A DNA stretch of 64,000 bases from Octopus sinensis. Its lineage: Eukaryota. The stretch is taken from contig NC_043023.1 in assembly GCF_006345805.1 (NCBI RefSeq), positions 7,874,001 through 7,938,000 of the forward strand, given 5' to 3'. The notes under the pieces are model-generated. The model was not told the DNA's origin. It searched no databases and worked only from the letters and a program-made list of their open reading frames with translations. This document shows, piece after piece, positions 49,481 through 62,463 of the stretch. The translations under genes and the position numbers were made by a program. Within the stretch, counting starts at the first letter, position 1; the number at the start of each line of letters is the position of its first letter.

Positions 49481-52450
49481 AATTTAAAAATTGAGGGAGA
49501 TAAATAAATATTAATTTTAATATCAATTTAAAACCAGTAGTCCAGCATTCAAAAAATCTGAGGAGTCAGAAAATTCAAATATATGTGTATATTGGCAGGG
49601 CTGGCCTGCTAGGTAGCCGGCCAGAATGCTAGAAATAGATCATAAACGATCAAACTACAAGGGAAATATATCATCATCATCATCATCATCATTTAACGTC
49701 CGCTTTCCATGCTAGCATGGGTTGGACGGTTCAACTGGGGTCTGGGGAGCCCGAAGGCTGCACCAGGCCAGTCAGATCTGGCAGTGTTTCTACAGCTGGA
49801 TGCCCTTCCTAACGCCAACCACTCCGAGAGTGTAGTGGGTGATTTTATGTGCCACCGACACAGGTGCCAGACGAGGCTGGTGAACGGCCACGCTCGGATG
49901 GTGTTTTTATGTGCCACCGACACAGGTGCCAGACAAGGCTAGCAGACGACCACGCTCGGATGGTGTTTTTTTTTTTTTGTGCCACCGACACAGGAGCCAG
50001 ATTAGGCTGGCAATCGGGCCACGATTGGATGGTGATTGTTACGTGCCCACAGCATGAAGGCAGTCGGTGCGGTACTGGCTACGGCCATATATATATATAT
50101 ATATTATATATATATACATACATCTATATATAGATATATATATAGATATATATATATTATATTATATATATTTTTATTTAAAAGCAGGAGAAATTCAACA
50201 AAACCTGTTACTGCTGCTTTTAAATAAAGCATATTACTCTACCCCTGGTATTTGAGTACTCTTTTTTCCACCTTGTTTCACATTTATGTGTTTACTCCAG
50301 TATATAATTTAATTAACATCGATTTCACACCAGTGGTCTAGCATATAAAAAAAAACCTAAAGATTCAGTAAAATTGTATTATATACATATTAGAGGGAAA
50401 CCACTATGTGGACACCCTTATGCTAGAAATAGATCCGCTATCCATATTTTTATTGCTTTTTCTTTTGTCTTGCTCAATTGTGATTTGGTTGTTTTGCTAA
50501 TTTTTCTTGAGAACATTTCTTAATGGTAAGACCATAGCGGATTTATTTCTAGCATAAGGGTGTCCACATAGTGGTTTCCCTCTAATATATATATATATAT
50601 ATATGTATATAAAATACAAATTGGGACAAGAACGCAAAATATCCGGACAGCTAGGTGATACAAAAATGGGACAACAAAACATCCAGATAGACGATACAAA
50701 GAAAACAAGGACAGGTCATTCAAAGTTTTCTTTCCTCAATCAAGTACCAGATTATCCTCGCAATTTCGGCTGATTATACTTGAGATTGCTCCAATCAGGC
50801 CAGCCCAAAGGAAAAACTAAGCTATACATATATACTAGCTTTGAAGCTGCCCTTTGGGCCACATTCAGGTTAGTTCCTGCGGAGAGCACATTTGAAGCCT
50901 TCGGTCCTCTACTCTTGTGTAATGGATCTTATTTCTGCAAGTTTTGCAAAGCACTGATGTTGATTATAGTTTGATCAATAAGCGTAGGAATGACGAAAAT
51001 ACAGTAGAAATTGAGGGTCAGTGGGACCCCATTTAAGCGGCCCTTCAGAAATTGAACCTCATTACGTTACTTCCTGGGAGTTCATCATCATCATCGTTTA
51101 ACGTCCGTTTTCCATGCGAGCATGGGTTGGACGGTTCAACTGGGGTTTGGGAAGCCAGAAGGCTGCGCCAGGCCCAGTCTGATCTGGCTGTGTTTCTATG
51201 ACTGGATGCCCTTCCTAACGCCAACCACTCCGTGAGTGTAGTGGGTACTTTTTACGTGCCACCAGCTCAGGGGCCAGACGAGGCTGGCAACGGCCACAAT
51301 CGGATGGTGCATTTTACGTGCCACCGGCACGGAGGCCAGTCAGGGCAGCGCTGGCAATGGCCATGTTCGGATGGTTCTCTTACGTACCATTGGCAGTGGT
51401 TTCACAGCTACAATTTCCATTGATGTTGATCGATTCGATTTATTGTCATTGCTCCGATTTCATTGCCAATACCATCTATTTAGTTTAAAATGCAGTAAAA
51501 ATAAGGGGTCGGTGGGGCCCTAATTAGGTGGCCCTTAAAATAATAGAGCCTCTTAGGACATTCCCTGGGATTAGGGCAGATGCTGGTTTGAGGACAAGTT
51601 AACGAACATAAAAACATAATGGACAGAGAAACATCACTCTAATTGATATTTATATATATATTCTTTTATTCTTTTACTTGTTACAGTCGTTTGACTGTGA
51701 CCATGCTGGAGCACCACCTTTAGTTGAGCAAATCGACCCCAGGACTTATTCTTTGTAAGCCTAGTACATATTCTATCGGTCACTTTTTGCCAAACCACTA
51801 AGTTATGTGGATGTAAAAACACCAGCATTGGTTGTTAAGTGATGTTGGGCGGGGGGGACAAACACACACATACACATATATACGATAGGCTTCTTTCAGT
51901 TTCCGTCTACCAAATCCACTTTGGTCGGCACTTGCTCAAGGTGCTACACAGTGGGACTGAACCCAGAACCATGTGGTTGGTAAGAAAGCTACTTACTACA
52001 CTCCTTTATAGTACTTATTCTATCGGTCACTTTTTGCCAAATCGCTAAGTTATGGGGATGTAAACACACCAGCATCGGTTGTCAAGCGATGTTGGGCGGG
52101 GGGGCAAACACACACACATACACATATATACAATAGGCTTCTTTCAGTTTCCGTCAACCAAATCCACTTTGGTCGGCACTTGCTCAAGGTGCTACACAGT
52201 GGGACTGAACCCAGAACCATGTGGTTGGTAAGAAAGCTACTTACCACACTCCTTTTTTACTTTTTTATTACATTACCTAGTAATGCTCCTAGGTCTCACC
52301 GAGTTGTATTACTTTTTAAAAGGTGGTGCTCCAGCATGGCCTCAGGCAAATGACTGAAACAAGTAAAAGGATATAGCTAGCTTCCTGTAACTCTCTTCTG
52401 TTGTTGATATTTGGTTTCCTTTGGCATATGAAGATGGCCTCAGAGATTCT

Positions 52451-53020
52451 ATCATCATCATCATTGTTTGACCGTGGTCGAGACAATGGAATTTACCATG
52501 TTACGCCAGACTTCACGGTCCATCATGGCATTACGGAGGTCCTGTTGCTGGATGCCTGTATCCCTGGAGATTACATCAGGGTAGGAGAGTGTGCGCCCTC
52601 TGGTATTGTGAGTAGATGGCTTCCAGAGGAGAAGAGTAGAAATTGCCTCGTTTTCAGGTCTGCAACTATGTCCAGCAAACTGACTCTCCTACCTTTCACA
52701 AGAGATGACACAGGTGGTAGTTTCCCATATATTTGCATTTTGGTTGGATGGCGCTTCCACGAGAGATTTTGAGCTCTCATAAGGAGGCGAGTGTAGGTTC
52801 CATCCAACCGCCTCTCAAGCTTCTTTGATAACGTCCAGGTTTCTGAGCCATATAGTAGAATTGGTTCAACTGTGGCTTTGAAGATTTCAAGTTTGAAGTC
52901 TCTACTTAGATTTGATGACCAGATCTTATGCATGTCATTACAGGCTGACCAGGCCATACCCTTTCTAGTTAGAAAATCTTTTCCAGATGATGATATGTAT
53001 GACCCAAGATATTTGTAATC
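52451..53020 (-). mobile_element. RTE-clade LINE 3' fragment, second family
   Basis: DYKYLGSYI..WSACNDMHKIW..IFKATVEPILLYGSETWTL..RRLDGTYTRLLMR, a frameshift near the end, and an (ATG)n tail at 52451-64. Confidence 0.85.
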
Positions 53021-54349
53021 AGAAACCATATTTCTAAGGTTACCCCTGTTGCGCTGTGTTACCCCGATGTGTTCTGTGAATTCCCGGGTCAGGCAATTCC
53101 GTAGATGTTTCTCCACGGAAGTGTCTGCCTGCATCTGTTCCTTTACTCTTTACTTGTTTACAGTCATTTGACTGCGGCCATGCTGGAGCACCGCCTTTAT
53201 ATTTCTTTACTACCCAGAAGGGGCTAAACACAGAGGGGACAAACAAGAACGGATAAAGGGATTAAGTCGATTCCATCGACCCCAGTGTGTAACTGGTACT
53301 TAATTTATCGACCCTGAAAGGATGAAAGGCAAAGTCAACCTCAGCGGAATTTGAACTCAGAACGTAACGGCAAACAAAATATGGCTTCGCATTTCGCCCG
53401 GTGTGCTACCGTTTCTGCCAGCTCGCCGCCTTTAATCGAGCAACTCGACCCCGGGACTTATTCTTTTGTAAGCCCAGTACTTATTCTATCGGTCTCTTTT
53501 GCTGAACCGCTAAGTTACGGGGACATAAACACACCAGCATCGGTTGTCAAGCAATGCTAGGGCACAAACACAGACACACAAACACACACACATACATATA
53601 TATACATATATACGACGGGCTTCTTTCAGTTTCCGTCTACCAAATCCACTCACAAGGCTTTGGTCGGCCCGAGGCTATAGTAGAAGACACTTGCCCAAGG
53701 TGCCACACAGTGGGACTGAACCCAGAACCATGTGGTTGGTTAGCAAGCTACTTACCACACAGCCACTCCTACGCCTATACATATATATATATTTTTTTTA
53801 TTATACATACATATATGTCTTTCAGTTTCCGTCAACCAAATCCACTCACAAGGCTTTGGTTGGCCCGAGGCTATAGTAGAAGACACTTGCCCAAGGTGCC
53901 AAGCAGTGGGACTGAACCCAGAACCATGTGGTTGGTAAACAAGCTACTTACCACACAGCCACTCCTGCGCCTATGCGTATATGCAGTTTTCTTGTTGTGC
54001 TTCTTATGTAGGATGGGCCACATCTGCCACAGAAGATCTCGTATACACCATAGGGCTAGCAGTGACCTTCATGGGGCAGTATGCCGAAGGACATCGCTTT
54101 GTTTACTTCTCAAGTTGTGATATTTGTGTTTTCATGACCACATGTATGCTGTGTTGTTGTTGTTTGTTCTTTCTCGAGCCATGACTGGCTCATAAGGGCC
54201 AGCTTCCTGGTTTCATTAGCATATAGGTTCCCCAGCTGGATGGGACGCCGGTCCGTCGCAAGTGAGCTGCTAGATGTGAAAGGAAAGAGTGAGAGAAAGT
54301 TTGGAAACACTTCCTCCTGTCTCCCACCACATTCTCTCCCAAATTTGTT

Positions 54350-55090
54350 TATTAAAATATTTTTTTTGCCAAAATCCCCGTTTTCGGATATGGCGGTTCC
54401 GGAAAATTGCCAAAAATCGGCATTGTGAAAATTCCCCCCTCTCCCCCCAACTTCTTCAGTTTTGACTTTTTTCCGCAGCACTAACCCTAAAACACTAAAA
54501 CCCTAATCTTAACCCTACCCTAAAACCCTAACCTTAAAATCCTAATCCTAATCCTAACCTTAACCCTAAGCCTAAAACCATAACCGTAACCCTAACCCTG
54601 ACCCTAAAACCCTAAAACCCTAACCCTAACTCTAACCCTAACTCTAACCCGAACCCTAGCCCTAAAACCGTAACCTTAACCATAACCCTAACCCTAAAAC
54701 CCTAAAACCCTAACCCTAACCCTAAACCTAAAACCCTAACCCTAAAACCCTAACCATAACCGTAACCCTAACCCTAAAACCCTAACCGTAACCGTAACCA
54801 TAACCCTTAAACCCTAACCCTAACCCTAACCCCCTAACCCTAACCCTAAAACCCTAACCCTAAAACCCTAACCCTAACCCTAACCCTAAAACTGAAACCG
54901 TATGTACAGAAACGTTTTGAAATTTTTGTCCGAATCCTGATGTCCATATTTTTCTGCATATTTTGAGAAGAAAAAACTTCTGAAAAAAGTTAAAAATAAA
55001 GGAAATGGGGGTGGGGAGGTGTTAATTTAGAAATGTCGATTTTTGCCAATTTTTTTGCAGATTCGTATTCCCCGTAGCCGAAAAGGGTGG
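54350..55090. mobile_element. Dispersed element carrying a ~410-bp telomere-like (CCCTAA/CCCTAAAA/CCGTAA/CCATAA) array
   Basis: Array at 54481-54891; both flanks match, in reverse, the element at about 47205-47575. Confidence 0.7.
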
Positions 55091-55309
55091 TTTGGGTGGG
55101 TGTGGGTGTGGGAAGTCTTGCCGAAAGTTGCGACGAAAGTGTCAGCAGAAGTTTCTGCTGGAATTGCGTGGAGCTTAGGTGTTTCACTCATAAACACACA
55201 CATCGCCCGGTCTGAGATTCGAACCCACGATCCCTCAACCGCGAGCCCACTGCTCTTACCACTAGGCCATATGCCTCCACTGTGTGTGCTGCAGACTGCA
55301 ATTTTTGTC

Positions 55310-55518
55310 ATGGACAGGAAGTTGGAAGAACGTGAAATTTTGCACTAAACTTGGGAAGTCTGCTACAGAGACATTGAGCATGCTTTGACGAGCTAACGGG
55401 GATGAGGGAATGGGTCGTACGCAATGTTTCCAATGGCACAGGTCACTTCAAAATCGGAAGAATGTCCCTGGAAGACCAGCCACGAGCCTCACCCCCGGAA
55501 ATGCGGAAAAAATTCACC
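55310..55518 (+). mobile_element. Mariner transposase N-terminal relic
   Basis: MDRKLEER..KFCTKLGKSATETLSML*RANGDEGMGRTQCFQWH..FKIGRMSLED, the mariner HTH region. Confidence 0.7.
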
Positions 55519-55694
55519 AGGAGTGGCTGTGTGGTAAGTAGCTTGTTTACCAACCGCATGGTTCCTGGTTCAGTCCCACTGCGTGGCACCTTGGGCAAGT
55601 GTCTTCTGTTATAGCCTCAGCCCAACCAAAGCCTTGTGAGTAGATTTGGTAGACGGAAACTGAAAGAAGCCCGTCGTATATATGTATATATAGA

Positions 55695-56283
55695 CGACGA
55701 GCTGGCAGAAACGTTAGCATGCCGGGCGAAATGCGTAGCCGTATTTTGTCTGCTGTTACGTTCTGAGTTCGAATTCCGCCGAGGTCGACTTTGCCTTTCA
55801 TCCTTTCGGGGTCGATTAAATAAGTACCAGTTACACACTGGAGTCGATATAATCAACTTAATCCGTTTGTCTGTCTTTGTTTGTCCTCTCTGTGTTTAGC
55901 TCCTTGTGGGTAGTAAAGAAATAGGTATTTCGTCTGCCTTTACATTCTGAGTTCAAATTCCGCCGAGGTCAACTTTGCCTTTCATCTTTTCAGGGTCGAT
56001 TAAATAAGTACCAGTTACGCACTGGGGTCAATATAATTGACTTAATCCGTTTGTCTCCTCTGTGTTTAGCCCCTTGTGGGTAGTAAAGAAATAGGTATTT
56101 CGTCTGCCGTTACGTTCTGAGTTCAAATTCCGCCGAGGTCAACTTTGCCTTTCATCCTTTCAGGATCGATTAAATAAGTACCAGTTACGCACTGGGGTTG
56201 ATATAATCGACTTAATCCATTTGTCTGTCCTTGTTTGTCCCCTCTATGTGTAGCCCCTTGTGGGTAGTAGGGAAATAGGTATC
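55695..56283 (+). mobile_element. Family B SINE trimer
   Basis: GTATTT(C/T)GTCTG at 55741, 55925, 56095, ending at 56279 (periods 184, 170, 184). Dimers also at about 31117-31530, 33155-33530 and 15200-15600. Confidence 0.85.
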
Positions 56284-56486
56284 GCTTCTGTACCTGCCCT
56301 GTTCATCAGATTTAACAGCTACGGGTTTCCATCTTATCCCCAAGATGAAACTGCAGCTGAAAGGCCACCGTTTTAACACTGTTGCCGAGATCAAGAGCGA
56401 ATCGTAGAAGGACATCGACTCGCTTACGGAAAACAACTTCCAGGCCAGATTTGAAAACTAGCAGGACCGCTACTTCGAAGGAGATC
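56283..56486 (+). mobile_element. Mariner transposase C-terminal relic
   Basis: PCSSDLTATGFHLIPKMKLQLKGHRFNTVAEIK..YFEGD. The last ~60 bp recur at 57233-57290. Confidence 0.7.
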
Positions 56487-57654
56487 ATCATCGTCATCAT
56501 CATCATCGTTTAACGTCTGCTTTCCATGCTAGCATGGGTTGGACGATTTGACTGAGGGCTGGCAAACCAGATGGCTGCACCAGGCTCCAATCTGATCTGG
56601 CAGAGTTTCTACAGCTGGATGCCCTTCCAAACGTCAACCAGTCCAAGAGTGTAGTGGGTGCTTTTACATGCCGCCGGCACGGGAGCCTTTGCCTTTCATC
56701 CTTTCGGGGTCGATTAAATAAGTACCAGTTACGCACTGGGGTTGATATAATCGACTTAATCTGTTTGTCTGTCCTTGTTTGTCCGCTCTGTGTTTAGCCC
56801 CTTGTGGGTAGTAAAGAAATAGGTACTTGCAACGACCTCGCTCGAATCTTTTTACACATGCCACTGGCACAGGTGCCAGTAAGGCGGCGCTGGTAATGAT
56901 CACACTCAAATGGCACCTTTTACGTGCCACCAGCACAGAAGCCAGTTAGCCGCTCAGGCAATGATCATGCTCGGATGGTGCTCTTGGCACCCTACTAGCA
57001 CGGGCACAAGTGCCAGTAAGGCAACGCTGGTAACGATCACACTCAAATGGTGCCCTTTTACGTGCCACTGGCACAGAAGCCGGTTAGCGTCTCTGTCAAC
57101 GATCACCCTCACGGATGCCAGTCATCGAATTGATTTTGATTTTGATTTCACTTGCCTCAACAGGTCTTTGCAAGCAGAGTTTAGTGACCAGAGAAGGAAA
57201 AGGGACTCGTTTAAGGAAAAGGGACTCATTTAAGGAAAATGTCTTCCAGGCCAGATTCGAAAACTGACAAGACCGCTATTTCGAAGGAGATGGTGTTAAA
57301 AACTTAGATAAATATGTTATTTTTTATTAAACATAGCTAGTCCCGGAATCTTGGTACCACATCGTTATTACATAGACCAGAATTGGGCCCCTTGACCAAT
57401 CAGTAGTAGTGTTTGTTGTTGTTGTGAAAAAGATTAGATCCTTCTTATTTAGCCCCTGGCCAATTTTTTTGATTGCGGAGAAGACGATAACGACGCAAGC
57501 ATGACCGTAGTAGTGGTGATGTAGTAGTGGTGATGTAGTAGTAGTAGTAGTGGTGGTGGTGGTGGTGGTGGTGGTGGTGAGTGATGATGTTGTTGTTGGT
57601 GGTGGTGGTGGTAATAGCAACAGCAGCAGCAGTAGTTGTAGCAGCAGCAGTAGC

Positions 57655-57687
<33 letters not shown>

Positions 57688-57746
57688 GATGGTGGTAGTA
57701 GCAGTAGTAGTAGTAGTAGTAGTAGTGGTAGTGATGGAGTAGTAGC

Positions 57747-57787
<41 letters not shown>

Positions 57788-58164
57788 TAGTAGTGGTAGT
57801 GGTGGTGGCTGGGATGGTAGTGGTTTGTTTCAGCCTAGGTTACCCCCGACCCAGAATGGGCAGACCTTATAATCAGAGGCAACCCAAACAATAAGCGGTA
57901 TGTCTGCTTTATTCAGTTTCCCTTATTTCACTCAGTGGACTGCGGCCATGCTGGAGCACCACCTTGAAGGGCTTTCTCTTTCTCTCTTTTTCTCTTTTAC
58001 TTGTTTCAGTCATTTGACAGCGGTCATGCTGAAGCACCGCCTTTTAGTCGAGCAAATCGACCCCTAGTACTTATTCAATCCATCTCTTTTGCCGAACCAC
58101 TAAGTAATGGGGACGTAAACACATCATCATCGGTTGTCAAGCGATGTTGGGGGGACAAATACAG

Positions 58165-58200
<36 letters not shown>

Positions 58201-58201
58201 T

Positions 58202-58252
<51 letters not shown>

Positions 58253-58996
58253 TAAATAATATATATATATACATATATATGACAGGCTTCTTTCAATTTC
58301 CGTCTACCAAATCCACTCACAAGGCTTTGGTCGGCCCGAGGCTATAGTAGAAGACACTTGTCCAAGGTTCCACGCAGTGGGACTGAACCCGGAACCGTGT
58401 GGTTGGTAAGCAAGCTACTACACAGCCACTCCAGCGCCTCGAATGAATCAACCCCAGCCTGGAACTTATTTGACGAACCGGGTCTCTTTTGCTGAACCGC
58501 TAGATACGGGTGCGTAAACAAACCAACACCGGCTTTCAAATGATAGTGGTGGCAGAGGGCGCAGCACAAGGACAGACAAATACACGCATACACATTCACG
58601 TACACATACACACATTATCTTTTGATCTTTTGTTTCAGTCATTAGACTGTGGTCATGCTGGAGCACAGCCTTGAAAACCTTTATTTGAAGGAATTGATCT
58701 CAGTACTTTTTTTTTTTATTCTATCGGTCTCTTTTGTCAAACCGCTAAGTTACGGGGATGTGAACACACCAACACCGGTTGTCAAGCGGTGGCAGGGTGG
58801 GTGACAAACACAGATACAAAGATACACAAACACACATATAATATATATATGTATATATATATTATATTATATATATATATATATAATATATATATATATA
58901 TATAATAGTATATATATATATAGTATTATATCATCAATCATATATATATATATATATATTATATAGATTAAAGATTCACCCCCTTCCACCTCTTTG

Positions 58997-59046
<50 letters not shown>

Positions 59047-59115
59047 ATAATATATATTAAAGATTCACCCCCTTCCACCTCTTTGATATATATTATATAT
59101 TATCTATATATATAT

Positions 59116-59244
<129 letters not shown>

Positions 59245-59536
59245 CATATATGCTATGTATATATATATGTATATATATATATATATATATATCATCATCA
59301 TATTATATATATATATATATATATATTAAGGATTCACCCCCTTCCACCTCTTTCTCTCAACATCCAAACCCCTCGTTCTTTTTCGAGTGAAAAAACGGTA
59401 TGGACGTTTTGTTTTGGTGTCTCGCTATGTCGTATACGCCTATGAGGATTTACCTTCCCAATGAAACTCGGTTTTTTCCCAAACTTTTCTCAACCTGCTA
59501 TAATGTAATACGTCCTTGGTGTGTGTGGTAATTGTA

Positions 59537-59628
59537 TGCGGCGAAGCTGAAGAGGCTATTGACCTACATGTATATCAATTATGCATTGATATAAATTGTT
59601 CAATAAAGCCAGAAACATATGTACCGCA
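59537..59628 (+). ncRNA. Degenerate hammerhead motif
   Basis: TGCGG/CCGCA stem I, CTGAAGA, GGCT...AGCC stem II with long inner hairpin, GAAA CATATG TA. Has a 5-nt insertion before the core and an extra A before GAAA. Confidence 0.55.
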
Positions 59629-59930
59629 AAATCCTTTGCATCCTGTTTTTCTTTATAATTATAATATATATATATATATAATTATATATATATATATATA
59701 TATAATATATATTATATATATTAATAATAATATAAGGGTAGCAAAAATTCTCTGCAACCAGCGGTCTAGTGAGAAAGAAAAGATAGTCAAAGACTATATA
59801 ATATACATTCAACAATAAAGGAATGGCCCTGATAGGCCATTCGACTCACTAGAAAGAGCAGCCAAACTCAAACCGCTAAACAGTTGTAATTCTGAAATTG
59901 AAAGAGAAATAAAAACATTTACCCTTTTCA

Positions 59931-60020
59931 TCTCTGGACTATGCATAGTTTCGACAAACTTTTGTAAACAAATTACTTATATTAAATTTATTTACAACTG
60001 GCATGTCTCGTCAGTAGAGA
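59931..60020 (-). ncRNA. Type I hammerhead ribozyme motif, near canonical
   Basis: Minus strand reads TCTCTA CTGACGA GAC-[49 nt with 13-bp hairpin]-GTC GAAA CTATGCATAG TC|CAGAGA. Perfect palindromic stem III and GUC triplet; one A.C mismatch at the base of stem I. Confidence 0.75.
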
Positions 60021-60165
60021 AGCCTAGGACAAGTATATGTCCATGAGGCGACGGCAAAGACGCCTCGAGTCTATATGCTCTAAATTTTCAAAATCCACTG
60101 CCACCGCACAATCTTCTCAGCAGCAAATATAAACTGCTGATTTAATTTCAAATTAGCAAATAGTA

Positions 60166-60209
<44 letters not shown>

Positions 60210-60369
60210 TATATATATATTATATATATATGTATATATATTATATATGTATATATTATATATATTATAATATAAGGGAATATTATTCCAAACTTACAGG
60301 GAAAAAATTCAATTTAGAAATACTAAATCAATTTCACAAAATATAATATATATATTAAAGAATGCCACA

Positions 60370-61425
60370 GTGCTGAAATTATGCAGATGACATCAAGCTG
60401 TACCTCGAAATAAAGAGGTCAATCCTATACACTATGGATCTCTATTGCAAGCAGACCTGGACACAATGCAGCAGTGGATCATGGACTGGCAACTCAAGGG
60501 GCTGTGGACAAATGTCACACCATGCATTTGGGAGGAGAAAACCCAGCGTCCACCTACTCCCTCCACAACACTAGTCTCAAAAAGTCTTCAAGTGAACGTG
60601 ACCTGGGTGTTATTGTCGACAGTGATTTGCGTTGGACAAACACATCGCTAAAATTGTCAAGAAGGCTGAGGGTGTCTTGGCATCACTCACCAAATCCTTT
60701 GTGAGCCGCTCTCCGGCTATCTATCTGCGGCTTTATATAGCTATGGTAAGACCTCACCTGGGAATTTGCATCACCGGTCTGGAACCCCTATCTTGCCCAG
60801 GACATTCAATCGTCTGGAAGCTGTTCAGGACGTGCAACCAAAAGAATTACCCTCCATCAGGCATTTGCATATCCTGAACGCCTTACTTCCTGGGCATGGA
60901 CACATTGAAACTCCGACGTCTGGACGTGCAACCAAAAGAATACCCTCCATCAGGCATTTGCCATATCCTGAAACGCCTTACTTCCCTGGGCATGGACACA
61001 TTGAAACTCCGACGTCTGGCAGCTGACTTGGCAGACACCCATAAAATTATCAACCATTGCACAAACAATAACTCTGAGCACCTCTTCAAACTCCACCCAT
61101 CCCCCCCAGTGGACATATTTACAAAGTCAGAAAACAGCACAGCTCCCATGACTTCAGGAAACATTTTTCACGCTGAGAGTTGCTGAAGCATGAACAAACT
61201 GCCGGCATCGGTTGTTAGTTGTCGGAGCACTGCATCCTTCAAGACTGCCATGCTTCCTGAGATTCGCCAACACTACACTTGATTTTCTCCCCTCCATACA
61301 CACACAAGCATGTTCACTTTCCAGACATTTCTACACTACTGCATGTACTTTATATGCACTTTCTGACAAGTTGTGGTGCACCTGAGCACTGTATACAATA
61401 ATTTCATTATTATTATTATTATTAT
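60370..61425 (+). mobile_element. CR1-type LINE 3' fragment (RT C-terminal half), frameshifted
   Basis: YADD at 60380-91; KCHTMHLG, SERDLGVIVDSDL, VRPHLEF, RLTSLGMDTLKLRRLAADL, FFTLRVAEAWNKLP; (ATT)n tail at 61406-25. Confidence 0.88.
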
Positions 61426-62097
61426 AGATTATATATAATTTAATTTTTCATTATTGAATTGATAAAAGGTGGGTTTTTTCTAGTTTATATATATATATAC
61501 ATGACGGGCTTTTTTCAGTTTCCCTCTACCAAATCCACTCACATGGCTTTGGTCGGCCTGAGGCTATAGTAGGAAACGTTTGCGCAAGGTGCCACGCAGT
61601 GGGACTGAACCCAGAACCATGTGTTTGGGAAGCAAGCTTCTTACCACACAGCAATGTCTATATTGTTTTCATATGAGGCTTCTTTCAGTTTCTGCCTACC
61701 AAATTTCCTTATAAGGTATTGGCCGACCCGCAGCTATAGGAGAAGACACTTGCCCAAGGTGCTATACAGTGGGGCTGCGTTTTCAACTGGCAGATCGTTA
61801 CAGACTTGACCATCCGAGTGTCCCAGAGTGGACCTGGATGAGTGTCGACAGAAGAGTATACCTAAAATTACTTCTAGTTTTTCTGGAAAGAGACAGGGAT
61901 TTTTTTTATCGCTTCAAATTTCATGGTATCAGCTTCAATTTCATCAATGTCAACATAAAATTCAGCAAAGACTTTGATTTCTGAAGATGGTCATGCTGGA
62001 TTTTTGAGGAATATCTTATGAGAGAATAAAGAAATAGGAATAATGAATAAAATGGTAAATTGAAATTTGTCGTCTTCTTCTCCTTCTCTGTCCACAG

Positions 62098-62412
62098 CTT
62101 GTCCAAGTAGCTTACACTGACCATAGAATGGTTAAGTGTAGACTGGACTTAGATAGTACAGTTAAGAGAGGATCCGGCTACTGGAAGCTGAACAAGTCTA
62201 CTTTGACTTGTGAGGCATACCATAGCCAGATTGAGGAATTAGTACAGAGGGCGTTAATCGGCGCGGTGGTTAATAACCAATGGTGGTTCGCCCTGAAGAG
62301 AGCCATTCGTTTTGAGTCTATTAGGTTTAGCCGTCAGCTAAGACTAAATAAGGCCAGAATAGAAGGGCAACTAGTTAAGGACCTAGAGGAGGCATTGAGG
62401 TTGGGCAGAAGC
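62098..62412 (+). mobile_element. Tx1/L1-clade ORF2 fragment (end of APE endonuclease)
   Basis: YTDHRMVKCRLDL..RGSGYWKLNKSTL..WWFALKRAIRFESIRFS matches the SDH...GxWKLNxxxL signature. Confidence 0.7.
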
Positions 62413-62463
62413 AAAACTTGTTATTACACAGTTACGCCTGTGCCTATAGAGATATCCTTTTCT

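Noticed and set aside
50700-50800. Hammerhead-like fold on the minus strand (and at 27150-27210)
   Set aside because: A stem and GAAA are present, but the core position reads TGGAGCA or CCGAACT; not supportable without a family consensus.
54481-54891. True chromosome end
   Set aside because: Interstitial, degenerate, and flanked on both sides by sequence shared with another dispersed copy.
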